The position numbers were made by a program, and so were the translations under genes. Shown here in pieces: positions 30,795 to 40,070 of a DNA stretch of 64,000 nucleotides. Location: IMG/VR virus record IMGVR_UViG_3300012665_000858. The stretch is one strand, 5' to 3'. The notes beneath the pieces were generated by a model. That model had not been told where the DNA came from, made no database searches, and saw only the letters and a list, made by a program, of their open reading frames with translations. Origin of the DNA: an uncultured virus (IMG/VR IMGVR_UViG_3300012665_000858). Its lineage: Duplodnaviria; Heunggongvirae; Uroviricota; Caudoviricetes. How positions within the stretch are numbered: position 1 is the first letter of the stretch; each line of letters opens with the position of its first letter.

Positions 30795-33700
30795 ATGCTT
30801 AATATATGGAATCAACCTTCTGGGTACAGTTTTAACACGTACAGCGAACGTCAGACTCAGACCATACCTCTGCCCATAATTCCGGGCACAGATCTAACAG
30901 GTGTATCTTTTACAGTCATCGCTGGCAACTTGCCCAGCGGATTACGTGTGACCTACGACACCGGGTTATCTACTTGGGTCATCAAGGGCTCTCCATTAGA
31001 AGTAGCCAGTAATACAACTTCAACATTTGTAATCCGTGCATCCAATGGCAGCGAAATTGCCGACAGAACTTATACCATGACCATAGATGGTCCAGATGCT
31101 CCTGTGTGGGTAACTCCAGGACCTGATCCTGATATCCAAGTTTACGATTTCGATACCGCAACAACTTACCTACCCAATACTGTTATCAGACGTACAGTTG
31201 GGGACGTAAGCACTTTATATATAACCACAACCACAGTAACTGGCGTAACTCCGCCTAATAGTACATACTATCAAGTTTTTACAGAAGATTCTGGATTGTT
31301 GCCAGTTGGTCCTGTTACTACTAGGGTGTCATCTGTTGTTAGTGCAAAACGCATTGGCAATATAATTACTGTAACTACAGCATCACCACATAACTTTGTT
31401 TTTGGAAATATTGTCACTATTGCTACCAATGTGCCTGCGTTTAATGCGGCCAACGTTGAAGTGTTACAACCTATACCACTAGACGGGGAAGAATACGAAG
31501 ACTATCTTACAAGAATATCCACAACAGTAACATTTAACAAATTAGGTGGAGACTTACCATCGCAGACTGTTTCTGGTACTGTGACATTGATTAAAGATCC
31601 ACTGACTTTTGTATTAGATAATACACCAGTAGATTTTCAGTTAGTAGCAACTGATACAGATTTGTCATCTGCTGATAATTTAGAATTTTTTATCGGTGAT
31701 GGCGATGGTGAATTGCCACCAGGCTTATCAATGAGTACTGCTGGCAGAATTACCGGAGTAATTGATCCTATCATAGCACTGGATGTTACTGCTCGTACAG
31801 GATTCTACGATACAAACTTGTATGATGCGTATGCTTATGACTTTGGTAAGCGTCCTAATATCGGCGAGGAAGATTATTTAAATGTAGTCACTCCGAGAAA
31901 ATTAAACAGAAACTATGAATTTATAGTTACAGTCTCTGACGGAGAAACTATAGCAAGAAGAAGATTTAGAATTTATGTAGTAGGGGACGACTTCTTAAGA
32001 ACAGATAACACGCTATTACAAGTCGGGGACGGTGCATATACTGCTGACTCTACATATCTAAGAGCACCTATATGGTTAAGTGCCGCTAATCTTGGACTAC
32101 GCAGAGCAAATAACTACGTGACAATATTGTTAGACGTATTTGATCCAAATCCTGAAGTAGGTCCAGTAAGATATGAGTTAGCCGCATTGAACGATGACTT
32201 AACTCCGAGCGTATTACCCGAAGGATTGTACATCGACAATACCACTGCTGAAGTGTTTGGGTTTGCACCATATCAGCCAGCAATCACTAAAGAATTTAAA
32301 TTTACTGTAAATGCTATCAAATACGATAAAGAAAATATTACAGAAGTAGAAGTGGCTATTGTAGTGGCAGACGATGCTCCAATAGGTCAAACCTTTTTAA
32401 AGATACTGCCATTGCCTAGCGAAGATATTGGACTATTAATCGGAGATGTTATTCGTATTGGTCCTAGCATCTATACTATGACCGAATATATTAGCAATAC
32501 AGTAACTGGTGGAACTATGGCCACACTTAAACTAGCAGAGTCACTGTTAACAAACGTAATTGACGGCTTAATTATTAGAAAATTTTATAATCAATCCGTC
32601 AGCGAGTTTTCAACACAGATTGCTCCTAAGACCTTTACTATTGCAGTACTAGGTGAAGTTGATTCTGTTATTCAATTTAATACAGACAGAATACTAGGTT
32701 CTATCAAGCCTAGTTTTCCTAGTAACTTTTATGTGGAGGCAACCACCACAGTTCCTAATGCTAAACTAAGATATACTTTAGTAGACGGACGATTACCCGA
32801 AGGTCTCACACTAAGATCGTCGGGTATTATAGAAGGTAAGATTAATCAGTTCCGTGCCAATTCAGTATCAGGGTTTACATTGTTCGACGGTGGAGATACT
32901 ACATTTGATGGCGATAGTTTAACCATCGATCGTTCTTACAGGTTTGTTGTTAACGCACAAGATCAGTTTAGATACAGTTCAGTTGATAAAGAATTTATAA
33001 TTACTATCAGTGAAGGCACACTAACACTTTATAGTAATATCTATACCAAGCCGTTGCCTAAACAAGCAAAGAGAGAATTGTTCTACAATTTCATTAACGA
33101 TACTACTGTGTTTACTCCAGAAAAGATTTATCGTCTGGGTGATCCTTACTATGGACTACAAACAGAATTAAAAATGTTAATTTACGCTGGTATCGAAAGT
33201 AAAGAAATGCCAGAGTATATTGCCGCGATATCTAAAAATATTCGACGCAAGCGTTACAAAATTGGTAATCTTAAAAAGGCTGTGGCAAAAACACAGGGTA
33301 CAAATACCATTGTCTACGAAGTAATCTATCTTGAAATTTTAGACGACTACGAAATAGCCAATAAATCTGCTGCCAGCAGAATTAAATTAGACCAAGGCGT
33401 AAACAGCCCAACAAAGATTAATCAAGCAAGACGTAACCCAGTAGACGGTACTCTAGGAACTGTGGATGGCAATGGAACTGTCACTTATGGTAGCGGATTT
33501 ATTAATGGTAAATTAAACGAGCAAGCATTTGACAGATTTAATCCTACATCAACACCGGTGACTATTGATACTGCTAACGTTATGGTCAGCGGGGACGATA
33601 CTGAATATGTTTACCCTAGCAGTATTAAAAATGTAAGATCCAATATTGCACAAGTAGGATTAACAGAAAATGAATTCTTACCGTTATGGATGACAACTCC

Positions 33701-33917
33701 GCAGGATGCAAGAACTGCGGCCACAGGATTTGTAAAAGCAGTACCATTATGCTATTGTAAACCTGGAGAAGGACAATATATATTGGATAACATCAATAAC
33801 AGAAGTTTCGACTTTAACCAACTAGATTTTGAAATTGATAGATTTATTATCGATTCTGACATTAACGACGTGCAGGAAAAATACCTAAAATTCTCCGATG
33901 CACGTTATAACATATGA
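30795..33917 (+). CDS. structural protein with putative Ig (He_PIG-like) domains, baseplate-like
   Basis: Repeated G.LP.GL.....G.I.G motifs; 1040 aa; late promoter. Confidence 0.75.
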   Translation: MLNIWNQPSGYSFNTYSERQTQTIPLPIIPGTDLTGVSFTVIAGNLPSGLRVTYDTGLSTWVIKGSPLEVASNTTSTFVIRASNGSEIADRTYTMTIDGPDAPVWVTPGPDPDIQVYDFDTATTYLPNTVIRRTVGDVSTLYITTTTVTGVTPPNSTYYQVFTEDSGLLPVGPVTTRVSSVVSAKRIGNIITVTTASPHNFVFGNIVTIATNVPAFNAANVEVLQPIPLDGEEYEDYLTRISTTVTFNKLGGDLPSQTVSGTVTLIKDPLTFVLDNTPVDFQLVATDTDLSSADNLEFFIGDGDGELPPGLSMSTAGRITGVIDPIIALDVTARTGFYDTNLYDAYAYDFGKRPNIGEEDYLNVVTPRKLNRNYEFIVTVSDGETIARRRFRIYVVGDDFLRTDNTLLQVGDGAYTADSTYLRAPIWLSAANLGLRRANNYVTILLDVFDPNPEVGPVRYELAALNDDLTPSVLPEGLYIDNTTAEVFGFAPYQPAITKEFKFTVNAIKYDKENITEVEVAIVVADDAPIGQTFLKILPLPSEDIGLLIGDVIRIGPSIYTMTEYISNTVTGGTMATLKLAESLLTNVIDGLIIRKFYNQSVSEFSTQIAPKTFTIAVLGEVDSVIQFNTDRILGSIKPSFPSNFYVEATTTVPNAKLRYTLVDGRLPEGLTLRSSGIIEGKINQFRANSVSGFTLFDGGDTTFDGDSLTIDRSYRFVVNAQDQFRYSSVDKEFIITISEGTLTLYSNIYTKPLPKQAKRELFYNFINDTTVFTPEKIYRLGDPYYGLQTELKMLIYAGIESKEMPEYIAAISKNIRRKRYKIGNLKKAVAKTQGTNTIVYEVIYLEILDDYEIANKSAASRIKLDQGVNSPTKINQARRNPVDGTLGTVDGNGTVTYGSGFINGKLNEQAFDRFNPTSTPVTIDTANVMVSGDDTEYVYPSSIKNVRSNIAQVGLTENEFLPLWMTTPQDARTAATGFVKAVPLCYCKPGEGQYILDNINNRSFDFNQLDFEIDRFIIDSDINDVQEKYLKFSDARYNI

Positions 33918-33946
33918 TAAATATCACATAAAGGATACCCAGTAAA

Positions 33947-34525
33947 ATGACATACCGCGAGACCCAAATTGACGAAGCGTTCCCAGTAGCGGGCGTGGAC
34001 AACGAAAGCCAAGGCTTTCGTGATAACTTTTCTGCAATTAAAGATTCACTAATTCAAGCCAAAGGTGACATTGAAGATTTGCAAGCATCCAGATTAGATA
34101 TTTCTAGTCCCGAAACAGACCTTAGCGGAAATACTGTTTCTAACGTAAACTTAAAAGGCGCTAGTTACGAATTTAACGCAGGTGGTAATATTGTTACTAG
34201 TCAGAACGTTAGTTTCACTGCTGGGGCATATCATGTATATACTTTGGCGGCGGCAGACCCTGCCGAAGAAAGTCCTATAGAACTTACATTTTCAGATTTG
34301 CCAGCAGCCGATACCCTGGCAGTTATCAGAGTTCACTTATACGGTAATGGCACTGAACAATTTTTCTCCTTTAATACAGAATCAGTCGGAGACTTCTATG
34401 TAGCCTCCGGTTGGCCAACACTGAGTGTGACCAGTGCATCTGTTCCAAAGATTTTTGAATTTTGGACGTACGATGGCGGCAACAACGTGTTTGCAAGATA
34501 TCTAGGCACGTTTACGGCACTATAA
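33947..34525 (+). CDS. structural protein
   Basis: IDEAFPVAGVDNESQGFRDNF N-terminus; GATAAATA upstream. Confidence 0.7.
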   Translation: MTYRETQIDEAFPVAGVDNESQGFRDNFSAIKDSLIQAKGDIEDLQASRLDISSPETDLSGNTVSNVNLKGASYEFNAGGNIVTSQNVSFTAGAYHVYTLAAADPAEESPIELTFSDLPAADTLAVIRVHLYGNGTEQFFSFNTESVGDFYVASGWPTLSVTSASVPKIFEFWTYDGGNNVFARYLGTFTAL

Positions 34526-34758
34526 TGCACCCACTAGCAGAAGACTTTTCCAAACTTAAAGACGTGGAGCTCGAGACTAAAATTCAAACTCTTAGTCAAA
34601 GATACTTCATGTCTTCTGGCAATACCGCAGTACAGCAACAAATTATCATGTTGTTAGAAATGTACAAGGAAGAATTGGGCATCAGAAGACAAAGACTTTG
34701 GAACGAACAATACCAAAAACGCGATACAGATCTTGACAGTCTCATAAATGTAAGTTAA
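34525..34758 (+). CDS. hypothetical protein
   Basis: TAATG coupling at 34525. Confidence 0.7.
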   Translation: MHPLAEDFSKLKDVELETKIQTLSQRYFMSSGNTAVQQQIIMLLEMYKEELGIRRQRLWNEQYQKRDTDLDSLINVS

Positions 34759-34761
34759 AAT
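34733..34761 (+). promoter_or_regulatory. sigma70-type promoter
   Basis: TTGACA-17 nt-TAAAAT; ATG follows 6 nt later. Confidence 0.75.
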
Positions 34762-34767
34762 ACTTGC

Positions 34768-35274
34768 ATGAGGATTGATAATTTAGGTATTCCAGTATTT
34801 TCGTCTAGCGATGTTTTTGATTTACTGTATCAAGGTAAATTGAATATCCTACCAAAAATTCTAACAGAACCCAACGATGCGGACGTTAAGCAATTTAACG
34901 AACACTCCGAAACTATAACCCTACAAGAATATCAAGAACCACAACTATCTAAAACAGAGTTCGACTCTTTAATGCAGAGCAGTTGGAATATGCCCGAAGA
35001 ATATAAAAATATGGACATAGAAGGTTACTTGGTGTCTGTATGCCCTAAAGAAAACTACCAACGACTCGTAGAAGAATTACAAGAGTATACACAACGAAAT
35101 ATGATGGATCTGTTACGCTGGCTCAAATATTTCGTGGATACTTGCCGTAAGGAAAATATTGTGTGGGGAGTAGGCAGAGGTAGTAGTGTAGCCAGTTACG
35201 TATTGTACTTGATTGGTGTACATAAAATCGACAGTTTAAAATATAATTTAGACTGGCGAGAATTCCTGAGATAA
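34768..35274 (+). CDS. dnaE: DNA polymerase III alpha-like fragment (family C, palm N-terminal part)
   Basis: RL.EEL...GVGRGSSVASYVLYLIGVHKIDSLKYNL...EFLR matches DnaE GRGS region; ends before PDID motif. Confidence 0.8.
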   Translation: MRIDNLGIPVFSSSDVFDLLYQGKLNILPKILTEPNDADVKQFNEHSETITLQEYQEPQLSKTEFDSLMQSSWNMPEEYKNMDIEGYLVSVCPKENYQRLVEELQEYTQRNMMDLLRWLKYFVDTCRKENIVWGVGRGSSVASYVLYLIGVHKIDSLKYNLDWREFLR

Positions 35275-35301
35275 GTACATATATAATAGGAGGGCTTTAA
35301 A

Positions 35302-35526
35302 ATGCCACAAAAACCAGCACCAAAGAAAGTATACAGAACAGCAAACGGTAGAGCCGTAGATATGGACCTACTACGTCAACGTAATGAATTGACACCGGCC
35401 GTAGGAAACTCACGTGTTAACGCTCGTGGAGATGAATTAGGCGCAGGTGGACAAATCGTTCGCAAGCGTGAAGATATTCTAAAAGACTTTTACGAACAAT
35501 CCGAATTACCACAAGAAAAGGAATAA
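35302..35526 (+). CDS. hypothetical protein
   Basis: AGGAGG SD; VGN..VNARGDELG.GG motif. Confidence 0.75.
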   Translation: MPQKPAPKKVYRTANGRAVDMDLLRQRNELTPAVGNSRVNARGDELGAGGQIVRKREDILKDFYEQSELPQEKE

Positions 35527-35529
35527 TAA

Positions 35530-35925
35530 ATGCGTACAGCAGTTAAAGGTGATTTACGGCCTTTACGTGATAATGTGTTTGTCTCCGATATGGAGTTTGG
35601 CGAGCAACGATCGAGCGGTGGCATTGTGCTACTAAGCGATGATGCCAAAGATCACGGAATTCATCCACGTTGGGGCAAAGTGTTTGCCAAGGGCAAAGAA
35701 AATAAGGATCAGTACGATGTAGGACACTGGGTGTTAATAAAACACGGAAGGTGGACTAGAGGTATGAAATACGAAACTGAAAATGGTGAAGAACTGACTA
35801 TCCGAATGATTGACACAGATGATGTGTTATGCTGGGCAGAAGAAAAACCTGGGTCAACTACAGTTCTAGGAACTATCGATTCGGTATCTCCTCCTTCTCT
35901 TTCTGACTTTGGGAAGGTACTATGA
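35530..35925 (+). CDS. groES: co-chaperonin GroES-like protein
   Basis: LRPLRDNVFV...EQRSSGGIVL...GKV.A.G...VG..VL pattern. Confidence 0.8.
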   Translation: MRTAVKGDLRPLRDNVFVSDMEFGEQRSSGGIVLLSDDAKDHGIHPRWGKVFAKGKENKDQYDVGHWVLIKHGRWTRGMKYETENGEELTIRMIDTDDVLCWAEEKPGSTTVLGTIDSVSPPSLSDFGKVL

Positions 35926-36293
35926 CAAACGCATTTCGAGATCAAGAAAAGTTTATGCGAGCCTGCGACCAATCAGTCGAAGGTATAAATGTTGATCAAT
36001 TCAAACTCTATCTTAAATTAATAAATGAAGAAAGTCAAGAACTTATCGATGCCGTTACAAATAATGACGGAGTTGAAACGCTAGATGCGTTAATCGATAT
36101 TCTTGTAGTCACTATCGGTGCTATACATAGTTTGGGAGCCGACGCCGAGGGTGCATGGAAAGAAGTAATGACTACTAATTTTGCTAAGATTGATAAGGAA
36201 ACTGGCAAGGTTCGTAAACGAGAGGATGGTAAAGTACTCAAACCCGTGGGGTGGAAGCCGCCGGCGTTGGAACCGTTCTTAACTAAGAAATAA
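35922..36293 (+). CDS. MazG-like / PRA-PH NTP pyrophosphohydrolase
   Basis: EE..EL...E.LDAL.D motif; REDGKVLKP.GW. Confidence 0.8.
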   Translation: MTNAFRDQEKFMRACDQSVEGINVDQFKLYLKLINEESQELIDAVTNNDGVETLDALIDILVVTIGAIHSLGADAEGAWKEVMTTNFAKIDKETGKVRKREDGKVLKPVGWKPPALEPFLTKK

Positions 36294-36297
36294 TACC

Positions 36298-36334
36298 AAA
36301 GGGTCTTGACGGACCCTTTTTTATTCTGTATAAT
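36298..36334 (+). terminator. intrinsic terminator overlapping a sigma70 promoter
   Basis: AAAGGGTC-TTGACG-GACCCTTTTTT; loop is a -35 with TATAAT 17 nt later (36329-36334). Confidence 0.75.
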
Positions 36335-36339
36335 AAAAA

Positions 36340-36588
36340 ATGAACTGTGATATCTGTAAAAAAGAATATAGCCCAGACTGTGACTACAAACAAGGACGGT
36401 GTCCGCACCATAAACCCATGATAGAAATTCAACCTAAAGATACAAGCAAGGGACATTTTTATGTTAGCCTTGCGAAGAGTGCTATTCGCATAGTGGCGGG
36501 TGGCTGTTTAATTACAGGCAACTTGCTAATGGCAGGAGTTTGTCTTATAATGGCAGAAGTGCTAGGTATTGTAGAGGAATTAGTATGA
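36340..36588 (+). CDS. hypothetical membrane protein
   Basis: Cys-rich N-terminus, hydrophobic C-terminus. Confidence 0.65.
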   Translation: MNCDICKKEYSPDCDYKQGRCPHHKPMIEIQPKDTSKGHFYVSLAKSAIRIVAGGCLITGNLLMAGVCLIMAEVLGIVEELV

Positions 36589-36806
36589 CAGACGAACGAC
36601 TAGAAGAATTATACGGTAAATTTTTAAAATTTGCAGATGACATGGCCGGTGAATACGGTCCCATGGAAGTGGCCGCTATTATGATGGCACAATCGTTGAC
36701 CATTTACAAAAGTGCAATGAGTAACGAGGAATACAATCATATGGTGGATAATATCAGCGACTGTCGTAATCAAGTCAAAACGTTTGAAAGGCAAAGTATA
36801 CAATGA
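36585..36806 (+). CDS. hypothetical protein
   Basis: ATG 36585 with GAGG SD, ATGA overlap. Confidence 0.7.
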   Translation: MTDERLEELYGKFLKFADDMAGEYGPMEVAAIMMAQSLTIYKSAMSNEEYNHMVDNISDCRNQVKTFERQSIQ

Positions 36807-37207
36807 GAATAGGGTTTACCTGTTCAACATTTGATTTGTTTCACGCAGGGCATGTAATGATGCTGGAAGAAGCAAAGAAACAATGCGATTTTTTAATTGT
36901 TGGATTACAAACAGATCCAACTATTGATCGCCCTAATACTAAAAACAAACCAGTACAGGGTGTGTTTGAAAGATGGGCACAATTAAAGGCTTGTAAGTTT
37001 GTGGACCAAATTGTTCCGTATTCCACAGAACGAGAGCTCCGAGATATATTGCTTTCTTTTCCTATTAATGTTAGAATACTAGGAGAAGAATATAAAGATA
37101 AAGAGTTTACAGGATATGACATTCCTATGGAATTTTATTTTAACCAACGTAAACATAGTTTTTCAACAAGTGAATTAAGACAACGAGTTATAGAGGCAAG
37201 CAAATGA
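36803..37207 (+). CDS. cytidylyltransferase (TagD-like, HIGH family)
   Basis: FDLFHAGH motif; R.HSFSTS.LR C-terminal motif. Confidence 0.88.
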   Translation: MRIGFTCSTFDLFHAGHVMMLEEAKKQCDFLIVGLQTDPTIDRPNTKNKPVQGVFERWAQLKACKFVDQIVPYSTERELRDILLSFPINVRILGEEYKDKEFTGYDIPMEFYFNQRKHSFSTSELRQRVIEASK

Positions 37208-38130
37208 AAGAATTATGGGTAGAGAAGTACCGTCCTAAAACAGTAGACGGTTATGTGTTTAAAGACGAAACACTGAGACAACAAATTGAAAAATGGATTA
37301 GCCAAAAAGCCATCCCGCACTTACTGTTTAGTGGCAATGCGGGCACAGGCAAAACTACACTAGCCAAGGTATTGCTAAATGAAATTGGTGTAGAAGACAC
37401 AGACATTCTTATTGCTAACGGCAGTAAGGAAGGTCGTAAAATTGAATGGATCGACAAACTAATTGGCTTTTGTCAAACTATGCCGTTCGGTGATTACAAG
37501 GTTGTGCTGATCGACGAAGCAGATTATATGAACAAAGATTCTGTTCAGCCAGCACTGCGCAACTTGATGGAAGATTACAGTAACAGCGTTCGCTTTATTT
37601 TTACTTGTAACTACCCACACAGAATTATTACCCCAGTTAAAAGTCGTTGTCAAGAAATTAAAATCGAGCGCACTGACATCACAGAGTTTACTGCTCGTGT
37701 AGCAACTATTCTTGTAGAAGAAAACATTGACTTTGACTTAGATACTCTGGACACTTATGTCAAAGGTACTTACCCCGACTTGCGTAAATGTATTAACAAT
37801 GTACAGATGAACAGTTTGGCTGGACATCTGATCTCGCCAGATGCTGTAGAAGGCAGTGCAGATTATAGAATTGAAATGGTCGACCTGTTTAAAAGAGGTA
37901 AGATACAAGAGGCACGTAAGTTACTGTGCAGTCAATCTCGTCCGGAAGAAATGGAAGAAATCTATACTTGGATGTATAACAACATTACCCTGTTTGGCAA
38001 GGACGAACAAACACAGGATAATGCCGTGCTAATAATTAAACAAGGTTTAGTGGATCATGTGTCAATGGCTGATCCGGAAATTAACTTAGCGGCTACCCTG
38101 ATTAGATTAGCAAGACTCAATGAAGCCTAA
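37204..38130 (+). CDS. gp44: clamp loader AAA+ subunit (T4 gp44/RFC-like)
   Basis: LWVEKYRP, GNAGTGKT, DEAD and SRC motifs. Confidence 0.92.
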   Translation: MKELWVEKYRPKTVDGYVFKDETLRQQIEKWISQKAIPHLLFSGNAGTGKTTLAKVLLNEIGVEDTDILIANGSKEGRKIEWIDKLIGFCQTMPFGDYKVVLIDEADYMNKDSVQPALRNLMEDYSNSVRFIFTCNYPHRIITPVKSRCQEIKIERTDITEFTARVATILVEENIDFDLDTLDTYVKGTYPDLRKCINNVQMNSLAGHLISPDAVEGSADYRIEMVDLFKRGKIQEARKLLCSQSRPEEMEEIYTWMYNNITLFGKDEQTQDNAVLIIKQGLVDHVSMADPEINLAATLIRLARLNEA

Positions 38131-38575
38131 ATTAATAAATGCCTTCATGAAGACTGCGGAAACATTCGCAGAGCTTAGTCATGCTCGTAGACTGCATGTG
38201 GGTGCTATTGTTGTCAAGGATGATAGAATTATTTCTATTGGCTACAATGGTATGCCTGCTGGTTGGGATAATAACTGTGAAGACGAAACAATTGATGACA
38301 GATGGTATGTTACACTAAAAACAAAGCCAGAGGTATTACATGCAGAAACTAACGCCATTGCAAAACTTGCTAAGTCTAACGAATCTGGTATGGGTGCTAC
38401 TATGTTTATTACCCATGCTCCATGTTTGGACTGTGCCAAACTTATCTACCAAAGTGGTATTAGCAGTGTTCTATATAGGAACTCTTATAGGGATACCGGT
38501 GGTATCACGTTTCTTGAAAAATCAGGAATCGAAGTAAAACAAGTGGAAGGGGGATTGCCCCTTCCTACAATTTAA
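38120..38575 (+). CDS. cd: dCMP deaminase
   Basis: GYNG, HAE.NAI and PCLDC zinc motifs. Confidence 0.92.
   Translation: MKPKLINAFMKTAETFAELSHARRLHVGAIVVKDDRIISIGYNGMPAGWDNNCEDETIDDRWYVTLKTKPEVLHAETNAIAKLAKSNESGMGATMFITHAPCLDCAKLIYQSGISSVLYRNSYRDTGGITFLEKSGIEVKQVEGGLPLPTI
38545..38565. terminator. hairpin at convergent gene junction (possible terminator)
   Basis: GGAAGGGG-GATTG-CCCCTTCC; no strong U tract. Confidence 0.45.
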
Positions 38576-39345
38576 TCACCGTAAATAGACAACACCTCCT
38601 TAACTGCTTCGTGGCGTTCAATATCTTTCATACCAAATTGCACGACACTCAACATATCTAGTTGTTTATTTGCCAATCGCTCCGTGAAATCAATTAAGCC
38701 GTTGTCTTCTAACCTGTCGGCTTGTCTCAAGTCTCCCGTTACGACCATTTTAGAACCTTCACCCAATCTCGTTAGCAACATCTTCATTTGATTTGGCGTA
38801 GCATTTTGCATTTCGTCTGCAATAATGTATGCGTTCTTGAAGGTGCGACCTCTCATATATGCTAACGGACTTATTTCAATTACACCCTCACGGATCATGT
38901 TCTCGATATCGCGAGCGTAATAGTACTCGGCTAGCACATCAAAGATGGGTCTAGTCCAGGGAGCCATTTTTTGCTCTAGGGTACCAGGAAGGAATCCATG
39001 GTCTTCGTCTACAGAAACAGCAGGGCGTGTTACCACGATTTTATCTACCAACCCTTCTTTAAAGAGTTTAATACCGACTTGACACGCTATCAGCGTCTTG
39101 CCCGTGCCAGCGGGACCCAGAGCAAAAACTATGTTTTTTGATGGATCTAATAGTTTGAATAGATATTCTTCCTGATTACGATTGCGAGGAATTACGTGTA
39201 CGCTCTTTTTCTTCTGTGGAAGATTCTGAGGAAGTGTGTGTTGAAAGGGTTGAAACTCAATAACGTTCGCGTTTGCACGGTGCTTGTTGTCACCTGCAAA
39301 ACTTTCATTTCCTGCGAAACGCTTTTTGGCTCTTTTTGTCGTCAT
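38572..39345 (-). CDS. phoH: PhoH-family ATPase
   Basis: GPAGTGKT, GFLPG, YMRGRTF, DEMQN, TGD..QAD; ATG 39345 with AAGGAG SD. Confidence 0.95.
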   Translation of the reverse strand: MTTKRAKKRFAGNESFAGDNKHRANANVIEFQPFQHTLPQNLPQKKKSVHVIPRNRNQEEYLFKLLDPSKNIVFALGPAGTGKTLIACQVGIKLFKEGLVDKIVVTRPAVSVDEDHGFLPGTLEQKMAPWTRPIFDVLAEYYYARDIENMIREGVIEISPLAYMRGRTFKNAYIIADEMQNATPNQMKMLLTRLGEGSKMVVTGDLRQADRLEDNGLIDFTERLANKQLDMLSVVQFGMKDIERHEAVKEVLSIYGD

Positions 39346-39503
39346 TAACTGCTCTCCTTTTGAGGCGTAGGACGTCATATTGTCACACATACTGTAGGAC
39401 AACTGAGAGATCCTACACTCATATTTAAGACATAAACGAAAAACAGAACTGATACTATATCAAAATGGTCAAGATAAATACTTCATCGAGGGATGACTTA
39501 AAA

Positions 39504-40070
39504 ATGCACGATATTTTAGATATTATAGAAAACATCAACACCATATATAACAACAACAGTAGCCTTGCTATCCTAAAGGATTTTGAGCGAGTGTTCGACG
39601 AGTTGGATATGTATGTGTTTGAAAACTGGCGAGAAGGGGAACTTATCAAAGGACCTCAAGTAGATCGTCACTGGGTGAGTGCTAGTTTTATGTGGCCTCA
39701 AAAGCAAATGCCAAATCCTCAAGCCGCAAAGCGTTTGATGGAGTACGGTTGTAAAGTAATTTACAAAAAAGATGTATTAGTCAAGCCTAGAGAAATTAAA
39801 GATCCAGACGATATCCGTCCTGGAACAAAACTTGGAAAATTAGATGAACATGCTATTTGGATTGTAGAAGTTCAGATGCCTAAGAAATTAATGTTAGAAA
39901 TTTTCCGTGGATACCATAATCAATTAATGGATGATCTCGAACCAGCAAACGATCAGAAAGCACCTGAACTTGCTCCGCCTCCAGCAGGTGAAGCCACAGC
40001 AGGTGCTCCGCCAGCGGCCGGTGCCGCTCCATTACCAGGAGGAGAAGCCAGTGCACCACCAGCCGCTTAA
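39504..40070 (+). CDS. hypothetical late protein with Pro/Ala tail
   Basis: GATAAATA upstream; ATG 39504. Confidence 0.75.
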   Translation: MHDILDIIENINTIYNNNSSLAILKDFERVFDELDMYVFENWREGELIKGPQVDRHWVSASFMWPQKQMPNPQAAKRLMEYGCKVIYKKDVLVKPREIKDPDDIRPGTKLGKLDEHAIWIVEVQMPKKLMLEIFRGYHNQLMDDLEPANDQKAPELAPPPAGEATAGAPPAAGAAPLPGGEASAPPAA

